This document shows, in pieces, positions 38,551 to 48,416 of a DNA stretch of 64,000 bases (its first letter is position 1; each line of letters starts with the position of its first letter). Both the position numbers and the translations under genes were made by a program. The stretch is from Myxococcota bacterium (GTDB lineage Bacteria; Myxococcota_A; Polyangia; Nannocystales; Nannocystaceae). Below the pieces are notes generated by a model. That model was not told where the DNA came from. It saw only the letters and a list, made by a program, of their open reading frames with translations, and did not search any database. The stretch covers positions 1-64,000 of the forward strand of contig JBCCHT010000045.1 of assembly GCA_039028615.1 (NCBI GenBank). Direction: 5' to 3'.

Positions 38551-40587
38551 ATGGCGGGAAACGGCAACGATCTCGGTCCCTGCCCCTTTTGCGGTGAGCA
38601 CCACCCCGACACGGTGTTGCTGTGTCCCAATGCCGAGAAACTGCTGCCCCTCGAGGGCCGGGTTCTCGATGGCAAGTTTCGCTTCGTTCGCATGCTGGGC
38701 GAGGGCGGCATGGGGGCGGTCTGGAAGGCCGAGAACACCCTCGTCAAGAAGACCGTCGCCATCAAGCTGATGCACGTCCAGTTCTCGAAGGACGAGGGCG
38801 TGCTCGCTCGGTTCCGCAACGAGGCGACGGCGGCCGGACGCATCGGCAGCGAGCACATCTGCGACATCCTCGACCTCGGGCGCAGTGATCTCGGCCCCTA
38901 CATCGTCATGGAGATGCTGCGAGGCCGAGACCTCGCCGGTTTCCTCCAGCAACGCCAGGGCAACGTGGTGCCCGGCCTCACCGTGCTCATCATCCGCGAG
39001 GCGCTCAAGGGCCTCGCCGCGGCGCACAAGGTCGGGATCATCCACCGCGACCTGAAACCCGAGAACATCTTCTTGCACGAGCCCAAGCCGGGGCAGCTGC
39101 TGGTCAAGCTCATGGACTTCGGGATCTCGAAGTTCACCGAGGGCTCCGAGGCGGGCAAGACCGGCATGGGCGTGCTGATGGGGACGCCGGAGTACATGTC
39201 GCCCGAGCAGACGGAAGGCGCGGCGTCGGTCGACCTGCGCACCGACATCTGGGCGATGGGCGTCATCATGTACTGGGCGCTGTCGGGGCGGAATCCGTTC
39301 CTCGGCCCCACCATGGCCGCGACTCTGGTCAACGTCAGCACCCGCGAGCCGCCGCCCTTGCAGGCGCTGTCCGGCACGCTCGACCCGAACCTCGTGGCGA
39401 TCATCGCCAAGTGTCTGCACAAGAACCCCGCCGATCGCTGGGCCTCGTGCGACGAGCTTTCGGCTGCGCTGGCGCCCTTCGAAAACCGCAACAACGGCGT
39501 GTACACGGTGGCCACAGACGGGAGCAGCCCGACCGGGCCCGGTCGCACGGTGGCCTCGGCGAGCACGCCCACGCCTCCGCCGGGGTCGACGGTGGCTTCG
39601 CCCTCGGGCATCCCGATGAGCCCCACCGGTATGCCGTCGCCGACGGGTGCTCCTCCTTCGCCGACCGGCAGCGGGGCGTCGCCCACGGTGGTCGGTGGTT
39701 CGCCCACCGGACCGGGCGGCGGAGGCCAGACCTGGGCGCCCGGGTTCCAGGGCGCGGCCCCTTCGGCACCCACCGTGGGCGGGGCTTCTTCGTTCTCGCT
39801 CTCCGATGATCAGCTCGATCGCCGACCCGACAGCTCCCTCGGGGGCAGCAGCAAGACCGGGATGATCGTCTTGATCATCGTCCTGCTCGGGATCCTCGGC
39901 GGCGGTGGTTGGTTCGCGTATCAGAAGTTCGGCAAGGGCGGCACAGACACCGCCGCCAAGGTCGAGGAACCGGCGGCCGCGGATGCGGGCGCCTCGGCTA
40001 CGCCGGCCGGCGGCGATGCCCCGGGTGAGTCCGGTTCGGCCGCGGTCGCGGGCGGGACCGGAGGCGCGGCGGAGGCCAGCGGCGGTACCCCCGCGGGCAA
40101 CGACGAGGCCGGGGCTGGCTCCACGAGCGGCGCTGCAGCGGGAGAGACTGCGGCCGGCGAATCCACGGGCGGAGTTGCACCAGCCGGCGACGACGCGGCC
40201 GCCGACACGGGCGCGGCCGCAGACGACGGAGGCAGCGCGGACGACGGGGGAAAGACCACGGGAGGCGGGGGAAACAACCGTCCGCCCAAGCCCCAGCTGT
40301 CCAAGGTGCAAAAGTCGGGATCGCTGTACGGCACGAAGCGAGGCCGCACGGCGCGGTCACATTCGGCCGCCAAGGGGGTGTGCAGCTCCCTTCGGTCGAA
40401 GAAATTCGCCAATCTCCGCCGTTGGCGTCTGCCGAACCTCAGCGAGGTGAAGCGGTTCACGCGATCGGCGGGCTCGGGTCGCTACTGGCTGTCCGACGGC
40501 CGCCTGTACAACACCCAGACGGGCAATGCAGGGAAGGCACTACGGCTGGGCGGCTCGGGCGGCTCGGCGCTGTGTGTGTCGTCCTGA
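38551..40587 (+). CDS. Transmembrane Hanks-type Ser/Thr protein kinase
   Basis: LGEGGMGAVW, VAIK, HRDLKPEN, DFGISK, GTPEYMSPEQ; TM helix; C-terminal WRLPNLSE. Alternative start at 38530. Confidence 0.93.
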   Translation: MAGNGNDLGPCPFCGEHHPDTVLLCPNAEKLLPLEGRVLDGKFRFVRMLGEGGMGAVWKAENTLVKKTVAIKLMHVQFSKDEGVLARFRNEATAAGRIGSEHICDILDLGRSDLGPYIVMEMLRGRDLAGFLQQRQGNVVPGLTVLIIREALKGLAAAHKVGIIHRDLKPENIFLHEPKPGQLLVKLMDFGISKFTEGSEAGKTGMGVLMGTPEYMSPEQTEGAASVDLRTDIWAMGVIMYWALSGRNPFLGPTMAATLVNVSTREPPPLQALSGTLDPNLVAIIAKCLHKNPADRWASCDELSAALAPFENRNNGVYTVATDGSSPTGPGRTVASASTPTPPPGSTVASPSGIPMSPTGMPSPTGAPPSPTGSGASPTVVGGSPTGPGGGGQTWAPGFQGAAPSAPTVGGASSFSLSDDQLDRRPDSSLGGSSKTGMIVLIIVLLGILGGGGWFAYQKFGKGGTDTAAKVEEPAAADAGASATPAGGDAPGESGSAAVAGGTGGAAEASGGTPAGNDEAGAGSTSGAAAGETAAGESTGGVAPAGDDAAADTGAAADDGGSADDGGKTTGGGGNNRPPKPQLSKVQKSGSLYGTKRGRTARSHSAAKGVCSSLRSKKFANLRRWRLPNLSEVKRFTRSAGSGRYWLSDGRLYNTQTGNAGKALRLGGSGGSALCVSS

Positions 40588-40724
40588 GCACGGACTCGGC
40601 ATGAGCCGATCTCCCGCGTTAGTTCGCCAGCGCGCGTTGAGAAGGTCGGCAAGAACACGGAGCCTCGTCACGAACGCGTGACGGGGGGCGGCCGGTGGGC
40701 CGTGCTACCGTTCGCGTCGCCTCT

Positions 40725-42206
40725 ATGTCTGTCCGAGCTTCGCTTTTCCCCCAGTTTTTGGCTTTGGCCGCGGCCGGCCTCGCTCTCTCCGCTTGCCCGG
40801 GTGACGACGGCAGCGCCACCGGTGGTGGCTCTGGCACCAGCGCGACCTCGTCGAACGGAACCTCGACTCCGTCGGCGGCGACCGACAACGCGACCTCGAA
40901 CGTCGACACCACCGTCGCGGCCGAAGGTTCGGGCACCGAAGCGACCGCGACCGATGCGACCGCGACGGACTCGACCACCACGGGCCAGCCGATGGAGTGC
41001 CCGTACACCGAGGTCGAAGGACAGCCGGCCGTCGGCCTCCAAGAGATCGCCAATGGCTTCGACCGTCCCGTCATCGCCATCGGTCACCCCACCGAGCCCG
41101 ACCGCATCTTCGTGGCGGAGCAGGGCGGCACGGTTCGCATCCTCGAGCCCGGGGAGACCAGCGCGCCCGCCGGGACCTTCCTCGACATCGGCGTCTCGAG
41201 CCAGAACTTCATCGGGGCCGAGTTCGGCCTGCTGGGCTTTGCCCTGCACCCCAACTTCCCCGAGGACGGCCGCGTCTACGTCAACTTCAACCCGCCGGCG
41301 GGTAGCGCCGCCGAGCTCCGCACTCGGGTCTCCGAGTTCACCGTCGACGCGGGCAACCCCAACCAGGTCGACCCGAGCAGCGAGCGGATCATCATCGATC
41401 TGGACCAGCCCGAGGCCAACCACAACGGCGGCATGATCATGTTCGGTGCCGACGGGTACCTGTACATCGGCATGGGCGACGGCGGCGGCCAGAACAACCA
41501 GTTCGGGGCGGCCCGCAACACGTCCGTCCTGCAGTCGAAGATCCTGCGCATCGACGTCGAGCCCGACGGCAACGACGACAACCCCGAGGCCTGTGCCGGG
41601 TGCGCCGTCCATGGGCCCTTCGACTACACCATTCCCGCCGACAACCCCTTCGTGGGCAACGCGGCCTTCGCCCCCGAGATCTACGCCTGGGGCGCGCGGA
41701 ACCCCTGGCGCTTCGCCCAGGACCCCGAGACCGGCCTCATCTACATGGGCGACGTCGGCCAGAACCAGATCGAGGAGATCACCCTCATCAACGCGGGCGC
41801 CGACCTCGGGTGGGACTCGATGGAGGGCACCGACTGCTTCGACGATCCGGGCTGCGACCAGTCCGCCGGGCCCAACGAGGTCAACGCCGACGGCATCACC
41901 ATGCCGATCTTCGAGTACAACCACACCCAGGGCCGCTGCTCGGTGACCGGGCTGTCGGTCTACCGCTCCTGCGAGGTGCCGGCGTGGGACGGCGTGTACT
42001 TCTACGCCGACTACTGCTCGGGTGACATGTACGCGATGGTCTGGGACGGCACCAGCACCACCGACCTCGGCAACGTGCTCAGCACCAACGAGCATGTCGT
42101 GGGCAACGGCTGGAACGCCTACGGCGACGTGCTGGTGACCACCATGGTCGGCCCCATCGGCACCCCGCCGCAGGACGGCGTGCTCTACCGCGTCGCGCCG
42201 AACTGA
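40725..42206 (+). CDS. PQQ-dependent sugar dehydrogenase (GSDH) family lipoprotein
   Basis: GLLGFALHPNF, NHNGG, DGYLYIGMGDGG, IPADNPF, GARNPWR, GDVGQ. Confidence 0.9.
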   Translation: MSVRASLFPQFLALAAAGLALSACPGDDGSATGGGSGTSATSSNGTSTPSAATDNATSNVDTTVAAEGSGTEATATDATATDSTTTGQPMECPYTEVEGQPAVGLQEIANGFDRPVIAIGHPTEPDRIFVAEQGGTVRILEPGETSAPAGTFLDIGVSSQNFIGAEFGLLGFALHPNFPEDGRVYVNFNPPAGSAAELRTRVSEFTVDAGNPNQVDPSSERIIIDLDQPEANHNGGMIMFGADGYLYIGMGDGGGQNNQFGAARNTSVLQSKILRIDVEPDGNDDNPEACAGCAVHGPFDYTIPADNPFVGNAAFAPEIYAWGARNPWRFAQDPETGLIYMGDVGQNQIEEITLINAGADLGWDSMEGTDCFDDPGCDQSAGPNEVNADGITMPIFEYNHTQGRCSVTGLSVYRSCEVPAWDGVYFYADYCSGDMYAMVWDGTSTTDLGNVLSTNEHVVGNGWNAYGDVLVTTMVGPIGTPPQDGVLYRVAPN

Positions 42207-42235
42207 GCGCCCGACCCCTAGCGCTCGCGCGCTTC

Positions 42236-42272
42236 GAGAACGTCGCCCGGCTTCGGCCCGGCGGCGTTCTTT
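42236..42272 (+). terminator. Probable intrinsic terminator with C(UUCG)G loop
   Basis: GAGAACGTCGCC-c-GGC-ttcg-GCC-c-GGCGGCGTTCTT downstream of the GSDH gene. Confidence 0.55.
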
Positions 42273-42315
42273 CGTTGGTGGGCAAAGGAACCCGAGCCGG
42301 GCTCGTGCGTTACCA

Positions 42316-43317
42316 ATGGATGTGCTCCCGCGTCGTGCGTTCGTCCTCTTGGCTCTATCCGGCTGCCTGCCCCGCTCCGGGCGGCCCGAAGAGCAGCTCG
42401 CCGTCGACCGTGAAACGCGGTCCAAGCCGCGCTCTCGACCCGCCGCCGGCCCTCAGGCGCGTGGGTCGATGAACTCGGCGGGCAGTGCCAAAGGTGGGGC
42501 GCCGCCGCACATCGATTCCGAGGACGTCACGCCGCCCACGGCCGAGAACCTCGAGGCGCGGGCCGAGGCGCTGCGTGAACGTTACGGCTCCTACGGCTTC
42601 TCCGTGGTGGTCGAGCGCCCCTTTGTGGTGCTGGGCGACCAGGGCCCCCGGGAGCTGCGGCGTCGGGCCGAGGGCACCATTCGCTGGGCGGTGAAGCGGC
42701 TCGAGCAGGACTACTTCGACGAGGCGCCGCGCGACATCGTCGAGGTGTGGCTCTTCGGCGACGACGAGAGCTACCGCAAGCACGCGCGGGCCATCTTCGA
42801 CGACGAGCCCGACACGCCCTACGGCTACTTCACGCCCACGCACCAGGCGTTGATCATGAACATCTCCACCGGGGGCGGCACGCTGGTGCACGAGCTGGTG
42901 CACCCTTTCATCGATAGCGATTTCCCGGCCTGCCCTTCGTGGTTCAACGAGGGCCTGGCTTCGCTGTACGAGCAGTGTCGCGACCAGGATGGGCACATCT
43001 GGGGGCTGACCAACTGGCGCTTGGCGGGGCTCCAAGAGGCGATCGAGGCCGGTCGCCTGCCGTCGTTCTCCACGTTGATGTCCACCACCCGCGACGAGTT
43101 CTACGACGAGGACCCGGGCAGCAACTACGCGCAGGCGAGGTACCTGTGCTACGCGCTCCAAGAGCGCGGGCTGCTGCGTTCCTTCTATCGAGACTATCGG
43201 CGCGACGTGGGCCGCGACCCGACCGGCCTGGCGACCCTGCGGGCACACGTTGGCGACGACCTCGAGAAGTTCCAACGAAAGTGGGAACGGTGGGTCATGA
43301 CGCTTCGGTACGGGTGA
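42316..43317 (+). CDS. Lipoprotein, gluzincin/peptidase MA-like
   Basis: Lipobox LSGC; TLVHELVH..WFNEGLA..E; YAQA. Confidence 0.8.
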   Translation: MDVLPRRAFVLLALSGCLPRSGRPEEQLAVDRETRSKPRSRPAAGPQARGSMNSAGSAKGGAPPHIDSEDVTPPTAENLEARAEALRERYGSYGFSVVVERPFVVLGDQGPRELRRRAEGTIRWAVKRLEQDYFDEAPRDIVEVWLFGDDESYRKHARAIFDDEPDTPYGYFTPTHQALIMNISTGGGTLVHELVHPFIDSDFPACPSWFNEGLASLYEQCRDQDGHIWGLTNWRLAGLQEAIEAGRLPSFSTLMSTTRDEFYDEDPGSNYAQARYLCYALQERGLLRSFYRDYRRDVGRDPTGLATLRAHVGDDLEKFQRKWERWVMTLRYG

Positions 43318-43439
43318 ACACGGGCGTGCTCGGTACGCCTCGTGCCGCCGGAATCGATGGTTCCCGGTCGGCGTTCACATGTGACGCTCGGTCGTGAATT
43401 CGCTACCGAGCCCGTCGCCTTTCGTGATAGCGCGATTGC

Positions 43440-43994
43440 ATGGCTCGTCGACGTACCTCGTCGTTTCGTCACCTGTTGGCGCTCGTGTTGGTGGGCGGGC
43501 TCGGGGGCTTCGCCGTGGGGGTGGGCTGTCACCACGACGACCCCTGCCGCGAAGGCTCGTGCGGGTGCCGAGGCGGAGGCGACTGCGTGCTCGATTGCCA
43601 GGTCTCGCCTTGCGACATCGAGTGCGGCGAGCTCGACCGCTGCGATGCGACCTGCGTCGACGATTGCCAGGTCGACTGCCACGACCTCGACGACTGCAAC
43701 CTCGCCTGCGACGAGGACTGCGACATCGAGTGCGATCGCCTGAGCAACTGCGACGCCAGCTGCGGGGCGCGGTGCCACTACGCATGCAGCGACGTGTCGT
43801 CGTGTGAGGTGCAGGTCGGCCCCGACAGCGAGGTCGAGTGCCGCTCGGTGGGGGAGTGCCGCGTCGATTGCCACGGAGCGTGCCGGGTCGAGTGTGACAA
43901 CGTCGGCGGCTGCGACGTGCGGTGCTTCGACGAGCAGGGCGAGTCGCTCGGGGATGCCCGCGAAGACGAGCGCGGCGACCGAATCTGCGACTGA
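43440..43994 (+). CDS. Small Cys-rich lipoprotein
   Basis: Lipobox GVGC; repeated C-x3-C-x3-C-x5-C pattern. Confidence 0.7.
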   Translation: MARRRTSSFRHLLALVLVGGLGGFAVGVGCHHDDPCREGSCGCRGGGDCVLDCQVSPCDIECGELDRCDATCVDDCQVDCHDLDDCNLACDEDCDIECDRLSNCDASCGARCHYACSDVSSCEVQVGPDSEVECRSVGECRVDCHGACRVECDNVGGCDVRCFDEQGESLGDAREDERGDRICD

Positions 43995-44083
43995 GGCCCG
44001 CCGGGGGAAATTTCAGGTGCTTTAAGACGTCAGGGACCGCTTCGCGGGCCATGCTCCACCGCATGTTCGCTCCGCGCTCCTCG

Positions 44084-44779
44084 ATGACGCACTCTGGCCC
44101 GATCTGCAGCTACAAGCCGGTCTACGGCCGATTTGCGCTGTGGGCCGCCCTGTTGGTCGCGGGCCCCGCGTGCTTCAATCCCGGCCCCAAGCCGCCGTTG
44201 GACGAGGGCGGGGACGCGAGCACGGGTGACGGGCAGGAGCCGGGGGCGGAGGATGGCGGCTCGACCTCGGGCAGCTCGGATGGCGGCGCACCCTCGCAGG
44301 CGGAGGCGTGCGAGGCCTACTGCAGCCTGATGGGCGACGTGTGCGATGCCACGCTGCCGCAATACTCGAGCGAGCTGTCGTGCCTGGCCGTGTGCGAGCG
44401 GATGAACCTCGGGACACCCGAGGACGTGCTCGGCAACACGGTCGGCTGCCGTACGCACCACGGTCTGCTCGCCTCCGAGAGCCCCGACCCGCACTGCATG
44501 CACGCCGGCCCGACGGGCGACGGGACCTGCGGGGCGCCGTGCGAGAGCTTCTGCAGCCTCGCCCTCACGACGTGTACCGGGGAGCTGTTCCCGTGGCTCG
44601 ACGCCGAAGATTGCATCGCCGAGTGTCGCGAGTGGCCGGAGGAACCGCGCTACGAGGCCAACGTGCCCGACGACGCGACCTATGCGTGTCACATGAAGCA
44701 CCTGACGCTGGCCGCATTGCAGCCCGAGGTGCACTGCAATCACATCGGTCCCGACACTCCGGTGTGCGTCGCTCCCTGA
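44084..44779 (+). CDS. Cys/His-rich lipoprotein with a duplicated domain
   Basis: Lipobox GPAC; two copies of C..(Y/F)C....C...C...C...C..HH/KH...HC.H.GP. Start uncertain (44051, 44063 or 44084). Confidence 0.7.
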   Translation: MTHSGPICSYKPVYGRFALWAALLVAGPACFNPGPKPPLDEGGDASTGDGQEPGAEDGGSTSGSSDGGAPSQAEACEAYCSLMGDVCDATLPQYSSELSCLAVCERMNLGTPEDVLGNTVGCRTHHGLLASESPDPHCMHAGPTGDGTCGAPCESFCSLALTTCTGELFPWLDAEDCIAECREWPEEPRYEANVPDDATYACHMKHLTLAALQPEVHCNHIGPDTPVCVAP

Positions 44780-45031
44780 GAGCGTCGGCCGTTCACGCCG
44801 GCCTGCCGAGTGTCACTGTCGGGGGCGAAAATGGGGCGTGTTTTCGGGTCTTGCGGGGCCCGAACGCGGCCCTCCCGTGATCGCTCGAATCGCCGAATGA
44901 GGGCCAAATACGCGGTTCCATGAGGTGATGCGTCCATGCATCGGCCGCTCGCGGAAGCGCATCGGAGCAAGGGCGGCGCATGGGGAATTCGGGGGTTAGG
45001 CTCAGCTCGTCTTCAGCCGAAAAGGGCGAAC

Positions 45032-45430
45032 ATGGACGAGAAAAAGATACCGACTTGGCTCAATGGGATGACCGTCGCCGTGCTGGCGATGAACTTCGCG
45101 GTTTTCGGGGTCTACGCGTTCTTCAGCCCGTTCTCGATCTTCCCCGATCTCAACGATGCGGGCGCGTACCCGGTGCGATTCTTCGCCATTCGGCACATCG
45201 CATTCTCGCTGCCGCTGCTGCACGGGCTCCTCAAGCAAGACCGCACCGTGCTCGGCACCATGTACCACATCTTCTTGGTGATGGCGGTGCTCGACGTGGT
45301 GACCATGCCGGTCTACGGCTACGCGTTCCCGTTCCTCGGGCAGTTCTCTCCGGTGGTGACGGCAGTCATGGGCACTTGTGTGTTCGTCATCCCGATGTTC
45401 CTCGCGGTTCGTGCCCTCCGGTCCGAGTAG
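45032..45430 (+). CDS. Small integral membrane protein
   Basis: Four hydrophobic segments; purine-rich SD-like upstream sequence. Confidence 0.65.
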   Translation: MDEKKIPTWLNGMTVAVLAMNFAVFGVYAFFSPFSIFPDLNDAGAYPVRFFAIRHIAFSLPLLHGLLKQDRTVLGTMYHIFLVMAVLDVVTMPVYGYAFPFLGQFSPVVTAVMGTCVFVIPMFLAVRALRSE

Positions 45431-45456
45431 GGACGACAAAGAAAGGGAGGCCCGTG

Positions 45457-45924
45457 ATGCACGTGCACATCGAATCCGAGATCTCCGCGCCCGCGCAGCA
45501 GGTCTGGAACATCCTCGCTCATCAGTTCGGCGACATTGCGACCTGGTCGTCGACGGTCGAGACCTCGCGCTCGGTCGACCAGGCCGAGCTCCCCGAGGGC
45601 GTCGTGGCCGACCCCCGAGCGCCCGTCGCCGCCCGCGAGACCAAGTCCGCCTTCGTCACCGCCCGCGAGTACTTCGTGCAGTTCGACGACGACGGCATGG
45701 TCTTCACCTTCGGCGCGCTCGGCTTGCCCTTCTTCCTGCGGAAGGCGGAGAACACCAGCCGGGTCGAGTCGATCGACGATGGCTCCTGCCGGCTCGTCTT
45801 CGACGTGGAGATGGACATGTGGGGGCCCTTCGCTCTGCTCTCGCCGCTGATGAAGAAGCGCTTCACCAAGGCGATGAACACGGTCCACGCCGATCTCAAG
45901 GCCTACGCCGAGCAGGCGAACTGA
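45457..45924 (+). CDS. SRPBCC (polyketide cyclase/dehydrase-like) family protein
   Basis: ISAPAQQVWNIL..FGDIATW...LKAYAE; SD GGGAGG upstream. Confidence 0.82.
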   Translation: MHVHIESEISAPAQQVWNILAHQFGDIATWSSTVETSRSVDQAELPEGVVADPRAPVAARETKSAFVTAREYFVQFDDDGMVFTFGALGLPFFLRKAENTSRVESIDDGSCRLVFDVEMDMWGPFALLSPLMKKRFTKAMNTVHADLKAYAEQAN

Positions 45925-45966
45925 CGCTCGCCTGCCCGCTTCGGTCTCACCCCCGCCGTCGTCGTC

Positions 45967-47826
45967 TCAGTGGCGACGGCGGCGTCGCAGCATCAGGCCC
46001 AGGGGCGCGAGCAGCCACCACGCGGCGTTGGAATCGCCCGTGCTCGAGCAGCCGCAGCCGCCTCCGCCACCGTCGTCGTTCTGCCCCGGATCCGTCTCGG
46101 TCTCGGTGCCTGCGGCCGTGCTGGCGGCGGCGGTGGTCTCGTTGCCGCCATTGGTGGTGTCGCTGGGACCCGCCGTCTCGTCGGCCGCGGTCGTCGACCC
46201 GCTGGGCGCCTCACCGAAGCCCACGATCATCAGCGAGCGGGTGTCCTCGGCGAGCACGATCGGCTCGGCGCCGCCGAGATCGTCGAACATCATCTCGACG
46301 TCATTGCCCGCCTCGTTGGTCTTGTTCTCGTCGGCGAGGAACTCGATGTACTCGGGCGTATTGATGAGATAGAGCAGCCGCACCGAGACGTCGAGCGTGT
46401 CGTCGTTGTCGTCGCCCGGGGTGGCGTCTTGGACCTGTGGCGCGCTCTCGAAGGTGTAGCTGGTCACGTCGAAGTTGGGCCAGGTGCCGTCCTCTTGGAG
46501 CGTGTAGCGATCACCGACGGGATCGGTCTGCGGGTTTTGGGCGAGCCCGAGCGGCGGGATGCGATTGTCGACGACCCAGTGGTCGTTGAGCAGCAGGTGC
46601 AGGGTGGTGCCCGACGACCACTCCTGCGCCACGCCCTCGTAGCTGCGCAGCTGGTCGTCTGCGGCGGGGCCCTTGGCGTTGCCCGCTTCCCACTGCCCGG
46701 AGCTCCAGACCACCTCCTCGCCGTAGCGAGCGACGACCTCGATCCACATGATGCGACCCTCGGAGTAGCCGGAGGGCAGCTTGTGACCGGTGTTGTTGGT
46801 GACCGTGACCTGGAAGTCGCCGAGGCCCTCACCGAGGTCGACCGTGCCGGGGGCGTCGACCTCGAGGGTGGCCGCGGTGGCCAGGAACTCGTCCATGCGC
46901 TCGAGGCTGAGGTCGAAGAAGAAGTTGTCGACCTCTTGGGTGCCGTCGTTGCCGTACTCGGCGCGCAAAAGCTCCACCATCGAGCGGTTGGCCCCGACCA
47001 GATCGTGGCGGCGGCCCCCGGTGGGGTGCGAGAACTCGTCGACGTTGTCGTTGCAGCCCGGCATGTCGGTGACGGCGGGCATGTGGCAGTCCTGGCAGGA
47101 GGCGAAGCCCTCGCCGGGCTGGGCGTAGGCGCTGCCGAGCCACTCCGAGTAGGTGCGCTGCTCGTTGAAGAGCATGCCGACCTCGTTGCCCTCGTCGTCG
47201 ACGCGCTGGCGATCGGTGGTGACGTCGTGGCAGGTGCCGCACAGCTCCGAGCTGCCGGTGAAGGGGTCTTGGACCCACTCGTGGGCGGGCGCGCCGAGGC
47301 TGCCCTCGACGTAGCTCCAGGGTCCGTGGCGCGAGACGGTGCCGGTGGGGCCGAGGATGTCGTCGAGCGCATATTGGGCGTTGCCCATCAGGCCCTCGTC
47401 CGTCATCCGGTGGCACAGCTCACAGGCCACGCCGTCGAAGTCGGCCGGCATCAGCTCGTCGATCGACGTCGCATTGCCGCGGCCGTTGAGGAACGCACGG
47501 GCGGAGTGGCAGCGGATGCAGACCTCGGTCTCGCCCGGGTGATCTTGGTCGGCGATGGCCACGCCCGCCCAGAACACGGGGTCGCGGGCGGCATTGGCCA
47601 TGAGGGTGCCCTGCCAGCCGAAGAACGGAGCGTAAGGAGCATCCGATCCGTGGGCGAAGGCGTTGGGATAGCTGTGGCAGTTTTGGCACGAGGCCGACTC
47701 GGCCAGGTCGTTGGTCAGCGTGCCTGGCTCGGTGGGAATCGCTTGCCCCGTACGCGGCCACAGGGCGAGGGCGGCCAAGGGGAGGAGCGTCGTAGAAAAA
47801 AGGCCAAAACTGCGCCGTAGGGGCAT
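45967..47826 (-). CDS. Pentaheme c-type cytochrome with MYXO-CTERM sorting signal
   Basis: Signal peptide; five CxxCH motifs (CQNCH, CIRCH, CELCH, CGTCH, CQDCH); GHKLPSG; C-terminal GCGC..TM..RRRRRH. Confidence 0.88.
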   Translation of the reverse strand: MPLRRSFGLFSTTLLPLAALALWPRTGQAIPTEPGTLTNDLAESASCQNCHSYPNAFAHGSDAPYAPFFGWQGTLMANAARDPVFWAGVAIADQDHPGETEVCIRCHSARAFLNGRGNATSIDELMPADFDGVACELCHRMTDEGLMGNAQYALDDILGPTGTVSRHGPWSYVEGSLGAPAHEWVQDPFTGSSELCGTCHDVTTDRQRVDDEGNEVGMLFNEQRTYSEWLGSAYAQPGEGFASCQDCHMPAVTDMPGCNDNVDEFSHPTGGRRHDLVGANRSMVELLRAEYGNDGTQEVDNFFFDLSLERMDEFLATAATLEVDAPGTVDLGEGLGDFQVTVTNNTGHKLPSGYSEGRIMWIEVVARYGEEVVWSSGQWEAGNAKGPAADDQLRSYEGVAQEWSSGTTLHLLLNDHWVVDNRIPPLGLAQNPQTDPVGDRYTLQEDGTWPNFDVTSYTFESAPQVQDATPGDDNDDTLDVSVRLLYLINTPEYIEFLADENKTNEAGNDVEMMFDDLGGAEPIVLAEDTRSLMIVGFGEAPSGSTTAADETAGPSDTTNGGNETTAAASTAAGTETETDPGQNDDGGGGGCGCSSTGDSNAAWWLLAPLGLMLRRRRRH

Positions 47827-47846
47827 GATGAGCTATCGTACCGTCG

Positions 47847-48416
47847 ATGCTGCGAGGGCGCGAACCCGCCGGGACCATCAGATCCGCGCTAGGGGCCCGT
47901 TTTCGCGGGAATTGGGCGCGTTCGTGCGTATTTGGAATCGCTCTATGTGCGCCGGTTGCGATGAGTTGCTCGGGTCGAGGCGACGGCGCTCCCAGCGAAA
48001 CGCAACGACCACCCGGTGAGCGAAAACGTGGACGGGTGAATCCCTTCTCCGACGTCGTTCCCGACAGCATCGGCCAGGTCGGCAACCAGGTGCGGGGCAT
48101 CGAAGCCATCCCCGACTACGACGACCAGGCTCGGGAGCTGCGAGAGCGCGTGCAGCCGATGCTGCCCGACCCGCTGCCGGCCCAGCTCGCCGCCTGCGTG
48201 ACCATGCTCGACGCGGCGCGGCAGTACTACGACGACACCGAGGGCATCTATGCGCTGTCGACCAAGACGATGGTCGCCACGCGCTCCAAGGATCTGGCCG
48301 CGTGCCAAGAGCAGACCAGCCCCGCGGCGGCGTCCTGCGTCGCGGTGCTCATGGCCAAGCACGAGGGGGAGTTCCCGTGGGTGCTCGATCAGTGCAGCCG
48401 GGCCTTCCCCCAGTGA
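47847..48416 (+). CDS. Hypothetical lipoprotein (true start probably downstream)
   Basis: VAMSC lipobox-like; helical Cys-containing C-terminus; stop overlaps the next start (GTGA). Confidence 0.55.
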   Translation: MLRGREPAGTIRSALGARFRGNWARSCVFGIALCAPVAMSCSGRGDGAPSETQRPPGERKRGRVNPFSDVVPDSIGQVGNQVRGIEAIPDYDDQARELRERVQPMLPDPLPAQLAACVTMLDAARQYYDDTEGIYALSTKTMVATRSKDLAACQEQTSPAAASCVAVLMAKHEGEFPWVLDQCSRAFPQ

